From sequence record PZ445498.1: 64,000 bases of DNA; one strand, given 5' to 3'. Made by a program: the position numbers and the translations under genes. Origin of the DNA: a phage. Below the pieces are notes generated by a model. It saw only the letters and a list, made by a program, of their open reading frames with translations. It was not told where the DNA came from and ran no database searches. Positions 1 to 10,225 of the stretch are shown here, in pieces. The stretch's first letter is position 1. Each line of letters opens with the position of its first letter.

Positions 1-1317
1 ATGAAGGTCTCTAGAGATTATATTAACACCACAGATGTTATTGACTTTGGTATTGACAAACGATTTTTCCGTCTGCCAGTCTCTAGCATTCTAGCTCAAG
101 AGGGGATTACGCCTAACGCCCCTCAGGTTGCAATTATTAACGCGCTGGAAGATCCTAGACACCGTTTCGTAACTGCATGTGTATCACGTCGTGTAGGTAA
201 GTCGTTCATCGCATATACACTTGGGTTCTTAAAACTTCTGGAACCCAATGTGAAGGTGCTAGTAGTTGCACCTAACTACTCACTGGCTAACATTGGTTGG
301 TCACAGATTCGTGGTCTTATTAAAAAGTATGGATTACAGACTGAACGTGAGAACGCCAAAGATAAAGAGATTGAATTAGCGAATGGTTCACTCTTTAAAC
401 TGGCTTCCGCGGCGCAGGCTGACTCCGCGGTTGGTCGTTCATATGACTTCATCATTTTTGACGAAGCAGCGATTTCCGACGTTGGTGGTGCAGCTTTCGA
501 TATTCAGTTACGTCCTACCCTAGATAAGCCAAACTCTAAAGCTCTATTTATCTCTACTCCTCGTGGGGGTAACTGGTTCAAAGAGTTCTATGAGAAAGGA
601 TTTAACGAAACGCTACCTAATTGGGTATCTATTCATGGTACATATCGTGATAACCCACGTGCTGACCTGAACGATATCGAAGAAGCGCGTCGTACTGTTA
701 GTAAAAACTATTTCCGTCAAGAATATGAGGCTGACTTCTCCGTATTCGAAGGTCAGATCTTTGATACCTTCAATGCTATCGAGCACGTTAAAGACCTCAA
801 AGGTATGCGTCACTTCTTTAAAGATGATGAGGCTTTCGAAACATTACTTGGTATCGACGTTGGTTATCGTGACCCTACAGCAGTTCTTACTATCAAGTAT
901 CACTATGATACTGATGTTTATTACATACTAGAAGAGTATCAGCAGGCTGAAAAGACTACAGCCCAACACGCTGCTTATATCCAGCACTGCATAGATCGTT
1001 ATAATGTTGATCGTATATTTGTAGACTCCGCCGCTGCTCAGTTCCGTCAGGACTTAGCTTATGAACATGAAATCGCTTCTGCTCCTGCTAAGAAATCCGT
1101 CCTAGATGGTTTGGCATGCCTGCAAGCACTGTTCCAGCAAGGTAAGATCATCGTAGATGCTTCATGTACCTCATTGATCCACGCCTTAGCGAACTACAAG
1201 TGGGATTTCCAGGAAGGTGAAGAGAAATTATCACGTGAAAAACCACGTCATGATGCGAACTCTCACCTTTGTGACGCACTGCGTTATGGAATTTACTCAA
1301 TTTCCCGTGGGAAATAA
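1..1317 (+). CDS. terminase large subunit
   Basis: 438-aa ORF starting at the window edge; Walker A-like motif (VSRRVGKS) near N-terminus; sits directly upstream of the portal gene as in T5-like phages. Confidence 0.85.
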   Translation: MKVSRDYINTTDVIDFGIDKRFFRLPVSSILAQEGITPNAPQVAIINALEDPRHRFVTACVSRRVGKSFIAYTLGFLKLLEPNVKVLVVAPNYSLANIGWSQIRGLIKKYGLQTERENAKDKEIELANGSLFKLASAAQADSAVGRSYDFIIFDEAAISDVGGAAFDIQLRPTLDKPNSKALFISTPRGGNWFKEFYEKGFNETLPNWVSIHGTYRDNPRADLNDIEEARRTVSKNYFRQEYEADFSVFEGQIFDTFNAIEHVKDLKGMRHFFKDDEAFETLLGIDVGYRDPTAVLTIKYHYDTDVYYILEEYQQAEKTTAQHAAYIQHCIDRYNVDRIFVDSAAAQFRQDLAYEHEIASAPAKKSVLDGLACLQALFQQGKIIVDASCTSLIHALANYKWDFQEGEEKLSREKPRHDANSHLCDALRYGIYSISRGK

Positions 1318-1344
1318 ATAAGTATAGGATAGGATACTACTCAG

Positions 1345-1869
1345 TTGGTATCCCATTCCTGCATTTTAAAATCCCCTTTACAAATTCGACATGATTATGT
1401 ATACTATATTCATACAGTTGAGGAGAATACTGTGGCAGGAAATGTAAAATATAAACGTGATGCTATATCACTCATGCGAGACGGTATAAAAAGTCAATAT
1501 AAAAAAGCCGATCGCTGCGAAATCTGTGGTTGTGGTGAAGAATTAGAACTTCATCATTACCATACAGTGTCTCTACTAGTTAAAAAATTTGCTAAAGAAC
1601 TCCAATTGGATTTCACTGACGAAGAAATAGTCCTCTCAAATAGGACGGCATTCTATGAAAGATATAGGCATGAGCTAGTAGATGACACTGTTACCCTTTG
1701 TGTCCACCATCACCAACTATTACATAAGGTGTACACTAAAGAACCACCCCTTTTCTCTGCTAATAAGCAGAAGGTATGGGTTCTTAAACAAAAGGAAAAG
1801 CTACAGAATCCTCAAGAAAAGACACAAGTCAAGACTGAAACTAAATCAGGATTCGCAAGGTTCTTATAA
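1345..1869 (+). CDS. HNH endonuclease (free-standing, homing-type)
   Basis: Cys/His motifs CEICGCGEELELHHYH and CVHHHQLLH typical of HNH nucleases; alternative GTG start at 1432 has a better Shine-Dalgarno (GAGGAG). Confidence 0.7.
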   Translation: MVSHSCILKSPLQIRHDYVYYIHTVEENTVAGNVKYKRDAISLMRDGIKSQYKKADRCEICGCGEELELHHYHTVSLLVKKFAKELQLDFTDEEIVLSNRTAFYERYRHELVDDTVTLCVHHHQLLHKVYTKEPPLFSANKQKVWVLKQKEKLQNPQEKTQVKTETKSGFARFL

Positions 1870-3086
1870 TGGGTTTAAAAAGCTGGATTACTGAAAAGCT
1901 AAATCCGGGTCAACGTATTATAAGAGACATGGAACCAGTTAGTCATCGCACTAACCGTAAGCCATTTACCACTGGACAAGCCTACAGTAAGATTGAGATT
2001 CTCAACCGAACTGCTAACATGGTTATCGATAGTGCGGCGGAGTGTTCTTATACTGTCGGAGATAAATATAATATTGTCACGTACGCTAACGGCGTCAAGG
2101 CAAAGACTCTAGACACTCTCTTAAATGTACGACCTAATCCATTCATGGATATAAGCACATTCCGTAGACTTGTAGTCACTGATCTACTTTTTGAGGGTTG
2201 TGCATACATCTATTGGGATGGCACAGCACTTTACCATGTCCCTGCTGCACTAATGCAAGTAGAGGCAGATGCCAATAAGTTTATCAAAAAATTCATATTT
2301 AATAACCAGATAGACTATCGCGTAGATGAGATTATCTTTATAAAGGATAACAGTTACGTGTGTGGCACAAACTCCCAAATTTCTGGACAATCTCGTGTTG
2401 CTACAGTTATTGACTCTCTTGAGAAGCGTTCTAAAATGCTTAACTTTAAAGAGAAGTTCCTCGATAACGGCACTGTGATTGGTCTTATTCTTGAGACGGA
2501 TGAAATCCTGAACAAGAAATTGCGTGAGCGTAAACAAGAAGAATTACAACTCGATTATAATCCTAGTACGGGTCAGTCTACTGTCCTGATTCTAGATGGT
2601 GGTATGAAAGCAAAACCGTACTCCCAAATATCCTCTTTTAAAGATCTAGACTTCAAGGAAGATATCGAAGGATTTAATAAATCCATCTGTCTTGCCTTTG
2701 GTGTTCCGCAAGTGTTACTTGATGGTGGTAATAATGCTAACATTCGACCAAACATCGAATTGTTCTATTACATGACTATCATTCCTATGCTGAACAAGCT
2801 GACTAGTTCTCTTACTTTCTTCTTTGGCTACAAGGTTACTCCTAATACTAAGGAAGTGGCTGCACTGACGCCAGATAAAGAAGCTGAGGCTAAACATTTA
2901 ACCTCTTTGGTTAATAACGGTATCATGACTGGTAACGAAGCTCGTGAAGAGCTTAACCTTGAACCTTTAGATGATGAGCAGATGAATAAGATTCGTATTC
3001 CTGCTAACATTGCTGGTTCTGCAACAGGTGTATCTGGTCAAGAAGGTGGTAGACCGCAAGGCACTGCCGATGGGGATAAAGAATGA
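1869..3086 (+). CDS. portal protein (pb7-like)
   Basis: 405-aa ORF immediately after terminase and HNH genes; size and position match T5 portal; stop overlaps next start (ATGA). Confidence 0.8.
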   Translation: MGLKSWITEKLNPGQRIIRDMEPVSHRTNRKPFTTGQAYSKIEILNRTANMVIDSAAECSYTVGDKYNIVTYANGVKAKTLDTLLNVRPNPFMDISTFRRLVVTDLLFEGCAYIYWDGTALYHVPAALMQVEADANKFIKKFIFNNQIDYRVDEIIFIKDNSYVCGTNSQISGQSRVATVIDSLEKRSKMLNFKEKFLDNGTVIGLILETDEILNKKLRERKQEELQLDYNPSTGQSTVLILDGGMKAKPYSQISSFKDLDFKEDIEGFNKSICLAFGVPQVLLDGGNNANIRPNIELFYYMTIIPMLNKLTSSLTFFFGYKVTPNTKEVAALTPDKEAEAKHLTSLVNNGIMTGNEAREELNLEPLDDEQMNKIRIPANIAGSATGVSGQEGGRPQGTADGDKE

Positions 3087-3565
3087 TTGATTATGATGGT
3101 CTAAAGGCCATTTTTGGTGAAAAGCTGCCAGAATCTCATATCTTCTTTGCTACGGTTGCAGCACACAAGTTCGTTCCAAACTACGCTACTCTACGTAAAG
3201 AGTTTGGAATGACCACTGCACATACCAACCGCAAGGTTTGGAACAAGTTCAAAGAAGCATACGAAATTACTGCTCCGGTTGTTCCGGCACTAGCTTTCAC
3301 AAAGAATCTGGCTAAAACTCTAGCTGTTGATACTGGTGCAGCAATTAATCTGGGTGTAACAGTTACTGGTGGTACTGCACCATATACTTATGCTTGGACT
3401 AAAGACGGTTCTCCACTAAGTGGTGTTACTGGCCCTAATTTCAACAAAGCTACAGCTGCTGCAGAAGATGCTGGTACTTACAAAGTTGTTGTAACGGATA
3501 GTAAATCTACTTCCATTACTTCTAATGAGTGTGTAACAACTATCAACCCTGCGCCGGAGGCTTAA
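3083..3565 (+). CDS. capsid decoration protein with C-terminal Ig-like domain (pb10-like)
   Basis: 160 aa; C-terminal segment GVTVTGGTAPYTYAWTKDGSPLSGVTGPNF...AGTYKVVVTD has Ig-like signature; located between portal and protease. Confidence 0.65.
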   Translation: MIDYDGLKAIFGEKLPESHIFFATVAAHKFVPNYATLRKEFGMTTAHTNRKVWNKFKEAYEITAPVVPALAFTKNLAKTLAVDTGAAINLGVTVTGGTAPYTYAWTKDGSPLSGVTGPNFNKATAAAEDAGTYKVVVTDSKSTSITSNECVTTINPAPEA

Positions 3566-3568
3566 TAA

Positions 3569-4201
3569 ATGACAAATGCTGCTATTGACTATAACAAGTT
3601 AAAATCAGCACCGGTTCATTTAGACGCTTACATTAAGTCTATTGATAGCGAATCCAAAGAGGGTGTTATAAAAATCCGTGGATTCGCTAATACAATTAGT
3701 AAAGATCGCGCTGGTGACGTAATTCCTGCTTCGGCATGGAAAACGTCTAATGCACTTGCTAACTACATGAAAAACCCGATTATTCTTTTCGGCCACGACC
3801 ATCGTCGTCCAATCGGCAAGTGTATTGATCTTAACCCTACTGAAATGGGTCTCGAAATTGAATGCGAGATTTATGAAAGTTCTGATCCAGCTATCTTCTC
3901 ACTAATTAAAAACGGTGTACTGAAAACCTTCAGTATCGGATTCCGCTGCCTAGACGCAGAATGGGATGAAGCTACTGACATATTTATTATTAAAGATTTA
4001 GAACTATACGAAGTTTCGGTAGTCTCTGTACCTTGTAATCAGGACTCAACGTTCAACCTCGCTAAGAGTATGAATGGTCACGATTACACTGAATGGCGCA
4101 AATCTTTTACTGCAACAAGTTCTAAGGCTGTCCCAGCTCAAGAACGTAATCTTTCTGAACTAGAAAAACTTGCGATAGCTTTAGGCTACGTTAAAGAATA
4201 A
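3569..4201 (+). CDS. prohead protease (HK97-family, pb11-like)
   Basis: 210 aa; motif ILFGHDHRRPIGK resembles the HK97-type prohead protease catalytic region; directly upstream of major capsid gene. Confidence 0.7.
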   Translation: MTNAAIDYNKLKSAPVHLDAYIKSIDSESKEGVIKIRGFANTISKDRAGDVIPASAWKTSNALANYMKNPIILFGHDHRRPIGKCIDLNPTEMGLEIECEIYESSDPAIFSLIKNGVLKTFSIGFRCLDAEWDEATDIFIIKDLELYEVSVVSVPCNQDSTFNLAKSMNGHDYTEWRKSFTATSSKAVPAQERNLSELEKLAIALGYVKE

Positions 4202-4218
4202 CGGAGAATTATTTAAAA

Positions 4219-5595
4219 ATGACTATTGATATTAATAAGCTGAAGGAAGAACTTGGTCTGGGTGATCTGGCTAAATCTCTGGAAGGTCTGACTGCTGCTC
4301 AGAAAGCTGCGGAAGCTAAGCGTCTGCGTGAAGAGCAGGAAGAAAAAGAACTGGCTCGTATGAACGATCTAGTATCTAAAGCTGTTGGTGAAGACCGTAA
4401 GCGTCTGGAAGAAGCTCTGGATCTGGTTAAGAACCTGGATGAGAAGTCTAAGAAGAGCGCAGAACTGTTTGCACAGACTGTAGAAAAGCAACAGGAAACC
4501 ATCGTTGGTCTTCAGGACGAAATTAAGTCTCTGTTGGCAGCTCGTGAAGGTCGTTCCTTCGTTGGTGATAGCGTAGCTAAAGCTCTTTATGGCACTCAGG
4601 ATGCTTTCGAAGATGAAGTTGAGAAACTGGTTCTTCTGTCTTATATGATGGAGAAGGACGTATTCGAAACTGAACATGGTAAGGCTCACGTTAAAGCTGT
4701 TAACGGTTCTTCTTCCGTTTCCATGTCTAGCGAAGCATACGAAACTATCTTCTCTACCCGTATTATCCGTGACCTGCAGAAGGAACTGGTAGTTGGTGCA
4801 CTGTTCGATGAACTGCCAATGTCCAGCAAAATCCTTACTATGCTCGTTGAACCAGAAGCTGGTCGTGCTACTTGGGTAGATGCTTCCAAATTCGGTACTG
4901 ACGAAACTGTTGGTGACGAAGTTAAAGGTCAACTGACTGAAATCAGCTTCAAAACTTACAAGCTGGCTGCTAAGTCCTTCATCACTGATGAAACTGAAGA
5001 AGATGCAATCTTCTCCCTGCTGCCTCTGCTGCGTAAGCGTCTGATCGAAGCACACGCTGTTTCTATCGAAGAAGCTTTCATGTCTGGTAATGGTACTGGT
5101 CAGCCTAAGGGTCTGCTGAAACTGGCTGCTGATGATGGTGCTAAGGTTGTTACCGAAGCTAAAGCTGACGGTTCTGTTCTGGTAACTGCTAAGACTATCT
5201 CCAAGCTGCGTCGTAAACTGGGCCGTCATGGTCTGAAACTGAGCAAACTGGTACTGATCGTATCTATGGATGCTTACTACGATCTGCTGGAAGATGAAGA
5301 ATGGCAGGATGTTGCCCAGGTTGGTAACGATGCTGTTAAACTGCAGGGTCAGGTTGGTCGTATTTACGGTCTGCCGGTTGTAGTTTCTGAGTACTTCCCA
5401 GCTAAAGCTGCTTCTGCAGAATTCGCAGTTATTGTTTATAAAGATAACTTCGTAATGCCGCGTCAGCGTGCTGTTACTGTTGAACGTGAGCGCCAAGCTG
5501 GCAAACAGCGTGACGCATACTACGTTACTCAGCGTGTTAACCTGCAACGTTACTTCGAAAACGGCGTTGTATCTGGTGCTTACGCTGCATCTTAA
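4219..5595 (+). CDS. major capsid protein precursor (pb8-like, N-terminal scaffolding/delta domain)
   Basis: 458 aa; coiled-coil-rich N-terminal roughly 150 aa followed by HK97-fold-like body; strongly biased optimal codons; followed by an intrinsic terminator. Confidence 0.85.
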   Translation: MTIDINKLKEELGLGDLAKSLEGLTAAQKAAEAKRLREEQEEKELARMNDLVSKAVGEDRKRLEEALDLVKNLDEKSKKSAELFAQTVEKQQETIVGLQDEIKSLLAAREGRSFVGDSVAKALYGTQDAFEDEVEKLVLLSYMMEKDVFETEHGKAHVKAVNGSSSVSMSSEAYETIFSTRIIRDLQKELVVGALFDELPMSSKILTMLVEPEAGRATWVDASKFGTDETVGDEVKGQLTEISFKTYKLAAKSFITDETEEDAIFSLLPLLRKRLIEAHAVSIEEAFMSGNGTGQPKGLLKLAADDGAKVVTEAKADGSVLVTAKTISKLRRKLGRHGLKLSKLVLIVSMDAYYDLLEDEEWQDVAQVGNDAVKLQGQVGRIYGLPVVVSEYFPAKAASAEFAVIVYKDNFVMPRQRAVTVERERQAGKQRDAYYVTQRVNLQRYFENGVVSGAYAAS

Positions 5596-5612
5596 TACAG
5601 GCTTTTCAGCCG

Positions 5613-5643
5613 ATAAGGAGAGCTTCGGCTCTCCTTTTTTATT
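5613..5643 (+). terminator. intrinsic terminator after major capsid gene
   Basis: GGAGAGC-TTCG-GCTCTCC hairpin (UUCG tetraloop) followed by a T-run. Confidence 0.8.
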
Positions 5644-5654
5644 GGGAAAAATAA

Positions 5655-6167
5655 ATGCAAATCATCACTGTTGAAGATTATAAACTATATGGGAATTTAA
5701 AACGTCCTGATATGGAAACTCAGGTTGAGATGATGATTAAAGCTGCCAATACGCTGATTACAAGCCTTCTAGGTATGGATGATGCAGATGCGGTAGATCA
5801 ATTAATCACCACAAAACCTAGCCGTAGGAAATATTTCCTGAGTTCTCCTTCAGCCACATCTATTACAAAGATGACTATTAACGAGAATGAAATAGATACG
5901 GAACAGTTTAAACTGTATCCTGATGGTGTTATCCTCCTTAAGTTTAATCCTCCTGAAGGATATATGGATGTAGAGTATACTCAAGGTGGTTTCAATCCAA
6001 TGCCTGAAGATCTTAAACTGGCAGCATGTCTGTTAGTAGATCACTGGCATAAGCAAGATTATCGTCAAGCCAAGACTATTGGTGGTGAGACAGTTACGTT
6101 TAACAATACTAAGTCTGGTATTCCAGAACATATTCGTACAATCATCGAAGTCTATAGGAGAGTGTAA
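5655..6167 (+). CDS. head completion / head-tail connector protein
   Basis: 170-aa ORF directly after capsid gene; position in module; no diagnostic motif seen. Confidence 0.45.
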   Translation: MQIITVEDYKLYGNLKRPDMETQVEMMIKAANTLITSLLGMDDADAVDQLITTKPSRRKYFLSSPSATSITKMTINENEIDTEQFKLYPDGVILLKFNPPEGYMDVEYTQGGFNPMPEDLKLAACLLVDHWHKQDYRQAKTIGGETVTFNNTKSGIPEHIRTIIEVYRRV

Positions 6168-6934
6168 TGGCTCTTTCTGATCTAGCTAGACAAATTATTA
6201 AAGAGCAGCTAGATACTGCAGGACGATCTGAGAATAATAAGAATACTGTTGTATATACAGTTGAGACTGGTTTGAAGGATCCTACAAGAGATGGCACAGT
6301 TGCACAGGTATCTTTCAAATTCTCAAAACCAGTATCACAAGACTTATTAAATGTTAGGACAGCATCTATACTGAAGGCTGTTTCTTCTAACTTAGATCTT
6401 TCTGGTGATTTAGGCGCTCTAGAGAATTTAATTCAAGCAACCGCAGGTAAACGTTCTGCTGTTGGTAAAAAACGTTCTACCGGTAGAGTTCAGGTAAACT
6501 TTGGAGATCCTAGAGATACTGAAGATGGCTATTCAGGTGCAGTAACAGGTGCTTCCGGTCGTTTCGTATCAAATAGTAACATGCGTGCTATTCTTGAGAT
6601 AGTAGCTAAGGAATACTTAATCAAGGATATGAAAAAAGCAGGGGCACCATTGAAGTTCAGAACTGGTCGCTTTGCTAACTCCTTAAAGATTAAAGATGTT
6701 ATGTTACGTGATGCAGAAACTAGTAAAGGTGCTCCAGAGCTGAATGTGACGTATAACTATATGGTTCGTCCTTACTCTGTGTTCAACCCCGCAGTTTCTA
6801 CATATCGAAGACTTTCTCTACGACCTTACCCTGGCGCTCGAAACCCTCAAAAACTTATTGGGGAAGCAATCGCAAAAGCTGCAAGAGACCTGATTCACTC
6901 TAGATATAAAATCAAGGTTAATCAAGGAACCTAA
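6167..6934 (+). CDS. neck / head-tail joining protein (hypothetical)
   Basis: 255-aa ORF, start overlaps the upstream stop; position in structural module. Confidence 0.4.
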   Translation: MALSDLARQIIKEQLDTAGRSENNKNTVVYTVETGLKDPTRDGTVAQVSFKFSKPVSQDLLNVRTASILKAVSSNLDLSGDLGALENLIQATAGKRSAVGKKRSTGRVQVNFGDPRDTEDGYSGAVTGASGRFVSNSNMRAILEIVAKEYLIKDMKKAGAPLKFRTGRFANSLKIKDVMLRDAETSKGAPELNVTYNYMVRPYSVFNPAVSTYRRLSLRPYPGARNPQKLIGEAIAKAARDLIHSRYKIKVNQGT

Positions 6935-6937
6935 TAA

Positions 6938-7423
6938 ATGGATCACAGAACAAGTATTGCACAAGCAGTGGTTGACCGAATCGCCACACAAATGGATGGT
7001 TCACAACCTGACGAGTATTTCAATAACCTTTATGGAAACGTTTCTCGTCAAACTTATAAATTCGAGGAAATCCGAGAATTTCCTTATGTGGCAGTCCATA
7101 TCGGAACTGAAACTGGGCAGTATCTTCCCTCAGGCCAACAGTGGATGTTTTTAGAACTTCCAATCCTCGTGTATGACAAAGAGAAAACAGATATTCAAGA
7201 GCAACTTGAAAAACTCGTAGCTGACATAAAAACCGTCATTGACACAGGTGGAAATTTAGAATATACTGTTAGTAAACCTAATGGATCGACCTTCCCATGT
7301 GAGGCAACTGATATGAGCATTACCTCAGTAGCTACAGATGAGGGTCTACTGGCCCCATATGGTTTAGCGGAAATAAATGTAACAGTGAGGTATCAGCCAC
7401 CTCGTAGGGCACTTCGCAGATAA
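6938..7423 (+). CDS. tail terminator / tail completion protein (p142-like)
   Basis: 161-aa ORF immediately upstream of tail tube gene; size and position. Confidence 0.45.
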   Translation: MDHRTSIAQAVVDRIATQMDGSQPDEYFNNLYGNVSRQTYKFEEIREFPYVAVHIGTETGQYLPSGQQWMFLELPILVYDKEKTDIQEQLEKLVADIKTVIDTGGNLEYTVSKPNGSTFPCEATDMSITSVATDEGLLAPYGLAEINVTVRYQPPRRALRR

Positions 7424-7449
7424 GTTACAGATTAGGAGAATATAAATAA

Positions 7450-8859
7450 ATGTCTTTACAACTATTACGTAATACTCGAATCTTCGTGTCTACGGTTAAG
7501 ACTGGTCACGATAAGACCAACACGCAAGAGATTCTAGTTCAAGATGATATTTCTTGGGGTCAGGACAGTAACTCAACCGATATTACTGTTAACGAAGCTG
7601 GTCCGCGTCCAACTCGTGGTTCAAAACGTTTCAACGACTCCCTGAACGCAGCTGAGTGGAGTTTCTCTACTTACATCCTGCCTTACTTAGACAAGACTAC
7701 GAGTAAGCAGATCGTTCCGGACTACATGCTGTGGCATGCTCTTTCTAGTGGTAAGCCTATCAACCTAGATGGTGATACAGGTGCACACACTAACGAAACT
7801 AACTTCATGGTTAACTTTAAGGATAACGCATACCACGAACTGGCAATGCTACATATTTACATCCTTACTGATAAAGCATGGAGCTACATCGATTCCTGCC
7901 AGATCAACCAGGCTGAAGTAAACGTTGATATCGAAGATATCGGTCGTGTAACTTGGTCAGGTAATGGTAACCAGCTGATCCCTCTGGATGCTGCTCCATT
8001 TGATCCTGATACTGTAGGTATTGATGATGAAACTTACATGACTATCCAGGGTTCTTATATCAAAAACAAACTGACTATCCTCAAAATTAAGGATATGGAT
8101 ACTGGTAAGGCATATGACATTCCGATCACTGGTGGTAGCTTTACAATCAATAACAACATCACTTACCTGACTCCGAACGTTATGTCCCGTGTTAACATCC
8201 CAATCGGTTCATTTACTGGTGCATTCGAACTAACTGGTTCTCTAACTGCTTATCTTAACGATAAAGCTCTAGGTTCTATGGATCTGTACAAAGATCTAAT
8301 TAAGACCCTGAAAGTAGTTAACCGTTTCGAAATCGCTCTAGTACTTGGTGGTGAATATGATGATGAGCGCCCTGCTGCTGTTCTGGTTGCTAAGCAAGCC
8401 CACGTAAACATCCCAACTATTGAGACTGACGATGTACTTGGTACTTCTGTAGAGTTCAAAGCAATTCCTACTGATCTGGATACTGGTGATGAAGGTTATC
8501 TTGGTTTCTCTAATAAGTACACCAAAGCTACTATTGCAAATCTGATTGCAACTGGTGACGGTGGTAAAGCAGCTCCAGTAAAAGTAACAGGTATTACTGT
8601 TAAATCTGCGGGTGATGCAACTTCCGTCGAGAATAGTGCAACTCTTCAGATGACTGTAGATGTTTTACCTGCTGAAGCTACTAATAAGGAAGTAACTTGG
8701 TCTATTTCCTCTGGTACTGCTGCCACTATTGATGCAACTTCTGGGTTACTAACCGCTGATGCTTCTAAGACCGGTGCAGTTACTGTGAAAGCTGTAGCTA
8801 AAGATGGTTCTGGTGTAGAAGGTACTAAGAGCATTACAGTTACTGCTTCTGGTGGCTAA
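7450..8859 (+). CDS. tail tube protein with C-terminal Big_2 Ig-like domain (pb6-like)
   Basis: 469 aa; C-terminal VKVTGITVKSAGDATSVENSATLQMTVDVLPAEATNKEVTWSISSG...GLLTA is a bacterial Ig-like (Big_2) pattern; optimal codon usage. Confidence 0.75.
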   Translation: MSLQLLRNTRIFVSTVKTGHDKTNTQEILVQDDISWGQDSNSTDITVNEAGPRPTRGSKRFNDSLNAAEWSFSTYILPYLDKTTSKQIVPDYMLWHALSSGKPINLDGDTGAHTNETNFMVNFKDNAYHELAMLHIYILTDKAWSYIDSCQINQAEVNVDIEDIGRVTWSGNGNQLIPLDAAPFDPDTVGIDDETYMTIQGSYIKNKLTILKIKDMDTGKAYDIPITGGSFTINNNITYLTPNVMSRVNIPIGSFTGAFELTGSLTAYLNDKALGSMDLYKDLIKTLKVVNRFEIALVLGGEYDDERPAAVLVAKQAHVNIPTIETDDVLGTSVEFKAIPTDLDTGDEGYLGFSNKYTKATIANLIATGDGGKAAPVKVTGITVKSAGDATSVENSATLQMTVDVLPAEATNKEVTWSISSGTAATIDATSGLLTADASKTGAVTVKAVAKDGSGVEGTKSITVTASGG

Positions 8860-8863
8860 TTAA

Positions 8864-9763
8864 ATGTACTACTCTCTAATGAGGGAGTCAAAAGTTATAG
8901 TTGAGTACGATGGCAGGGCTTATCATTTTGATGCCCTGTCAAATTACGATATCAATACGTCCTATGAGGAATTTAAAACTCTTCGTAGGACTATACATCG
9001 TAGAACTAACTATGCTGACTCTATTATTAATGCTCAAACTCCATCTTCAATATCGCTGGCTATAAATTTTAGTAATACCCTTACTGAAGCTAACTTCTTT
9101 GAATGGATGGGCTTTGACCGAGAGGGTAACACATTCTTACTACCACTTTATAGTACAAATATTGAGCCAACAATGTTTAATATACACATAGTTAATAAAG
9201 ATAATAACTGTGTGTACTTTGAGAATTGCTATGTATCTACTGTAGACTTTTCTCTAGACAAAAGCGTTCCTATCCTAAACGTAGGAATTGAATCTGGTAA
9301 GTTCTCTGAGGTATCCACCTCTACTCCTGCTGGTTCTATTGTTCAGGGTGAAGTTATGTCATACAGTCCCCCTAGAGTATCTACCAACAGTAATGTTTTA
9401 CCAGCTCTTTTATCCGCTTCTATGTCATTCCAGCAACAATGTTCTTGGAGGGAAGATAAAAGCGTATTTGACATAAACAAAATATATAATAATAAGAGAG
9501 CTTATGTTAATGAAATGAATGCTTCGGCAACAATTGCATTTTACTACACTAAGCGATTTGCTGGTGATATGTTTTATAATATTGAACCAGAAACTGACAT
9601 ACCATTAACCATCCGGAATGGACATATTTCGATTGACTTCCCTTCAGCACGTATAACAAAACGCCTACAATTCTCGGATATATACAGAGTTGAATGGGAT
9701 GTAATCCCTACTGCAGACTCTGATCCGGTAAGAATCGACTTCTTTGGAGAAATAAAGAAATGA
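8864..9763 (+). CDS. tail-associated protein (p140-like)
   Basis: 299-aa ORF between tail tube and tape measure genes. Confidence 0.4.
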   Translation: MYYSLMRESKVIVEYDGRAYHFDALSNYDINTSYEEFKTLRRTIHRRTNYADSIINAQTPSSISLAINFSNTLTEANFFEWMGFDREGNTFLLPLYSTNIEPTMFNIHIVNKDNNCVYFENCYVSTVDFSLDKSVPILNVGIESGKFSEVSTSTPAGSIVQGEVMSYSPPRVSTNSNVLPALLSASMSFQQQCSWREDKSVFDINKIYNNKRAYVNEMNASATIAFYYTKRFAGDMFYNIEPETDIPLTIRNGHISIDFPSARITKRLQFSDIYRVEWDVIPTADSDPVRIDFFGEIKK

Positions 9764-10164
9764 TCAATTTAAAAGATATTACCCTTGAAACTCGTACTAT
9801 TGAGCTGGCTTACCCAGGTATGCCTAACTTCAAGCTGCAACTGAACTACATGTCTCGTGCTGCATCTAAGCGTGTTATCTCTTCCGCTAAGCGTGACGAG
9901 TGGGTTAACGGTACTATGATTCAAGTTCAGGACGATGATAAGTTTATTGAAGCTTTCGTTGATACTGCAATTGCTGGCTGGACTGGCTTGACTATTGGAG
10001 ACGTTGAGAAACTGATGCTTATCGAAACTGAAGCTGATCCTACTACTGAAGTTCCATTTAGTCGCGATAACGCTATCATGCTTATGCAGAACTCTGCTGC
10101 GTTTGATTCTTGGATCAACCAGACAGTGTTCCACTTAGACACTTTTCGTAGCTCAAAAGCGTAA
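9760..10164 (+). CDS. putative tail assembly chaperone
   Basis: 134-aa ORF upstream of tape measure gene; GGAG Shine-Dalgarno; position. Confidence 0.4.
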   Translation: MINLKDITLETRTIELAYPGMPNFKLQLNYMSRAASKRVISSAKRDEWVNGTMIQVQDDDKFIEAFVDTAIAGWTGLTIGDVEKLMLIETEADPTTEVPFSRDNAIMLMQNSAAFDSWINQTVFHLDTFRSSKA

Positions 10165-10225
10165 GCAGTTACTAGATGCTGTTGCCGATTTTGCTGATAA
10201 ATGCATTAAATCATCAGCATCTAAA

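Noticed and set aside
4369-5547. 392-aa minus-strand ORF antisense to the major capsid gene
   Set aside because: Lies entirely within the strongly supported capsid gene on the opposite strand; Asn/Ser/Phe-rich low-complexity translation; no promoter or Shine-Dalgarno; typical antisense artefact of a codon-biased gene.
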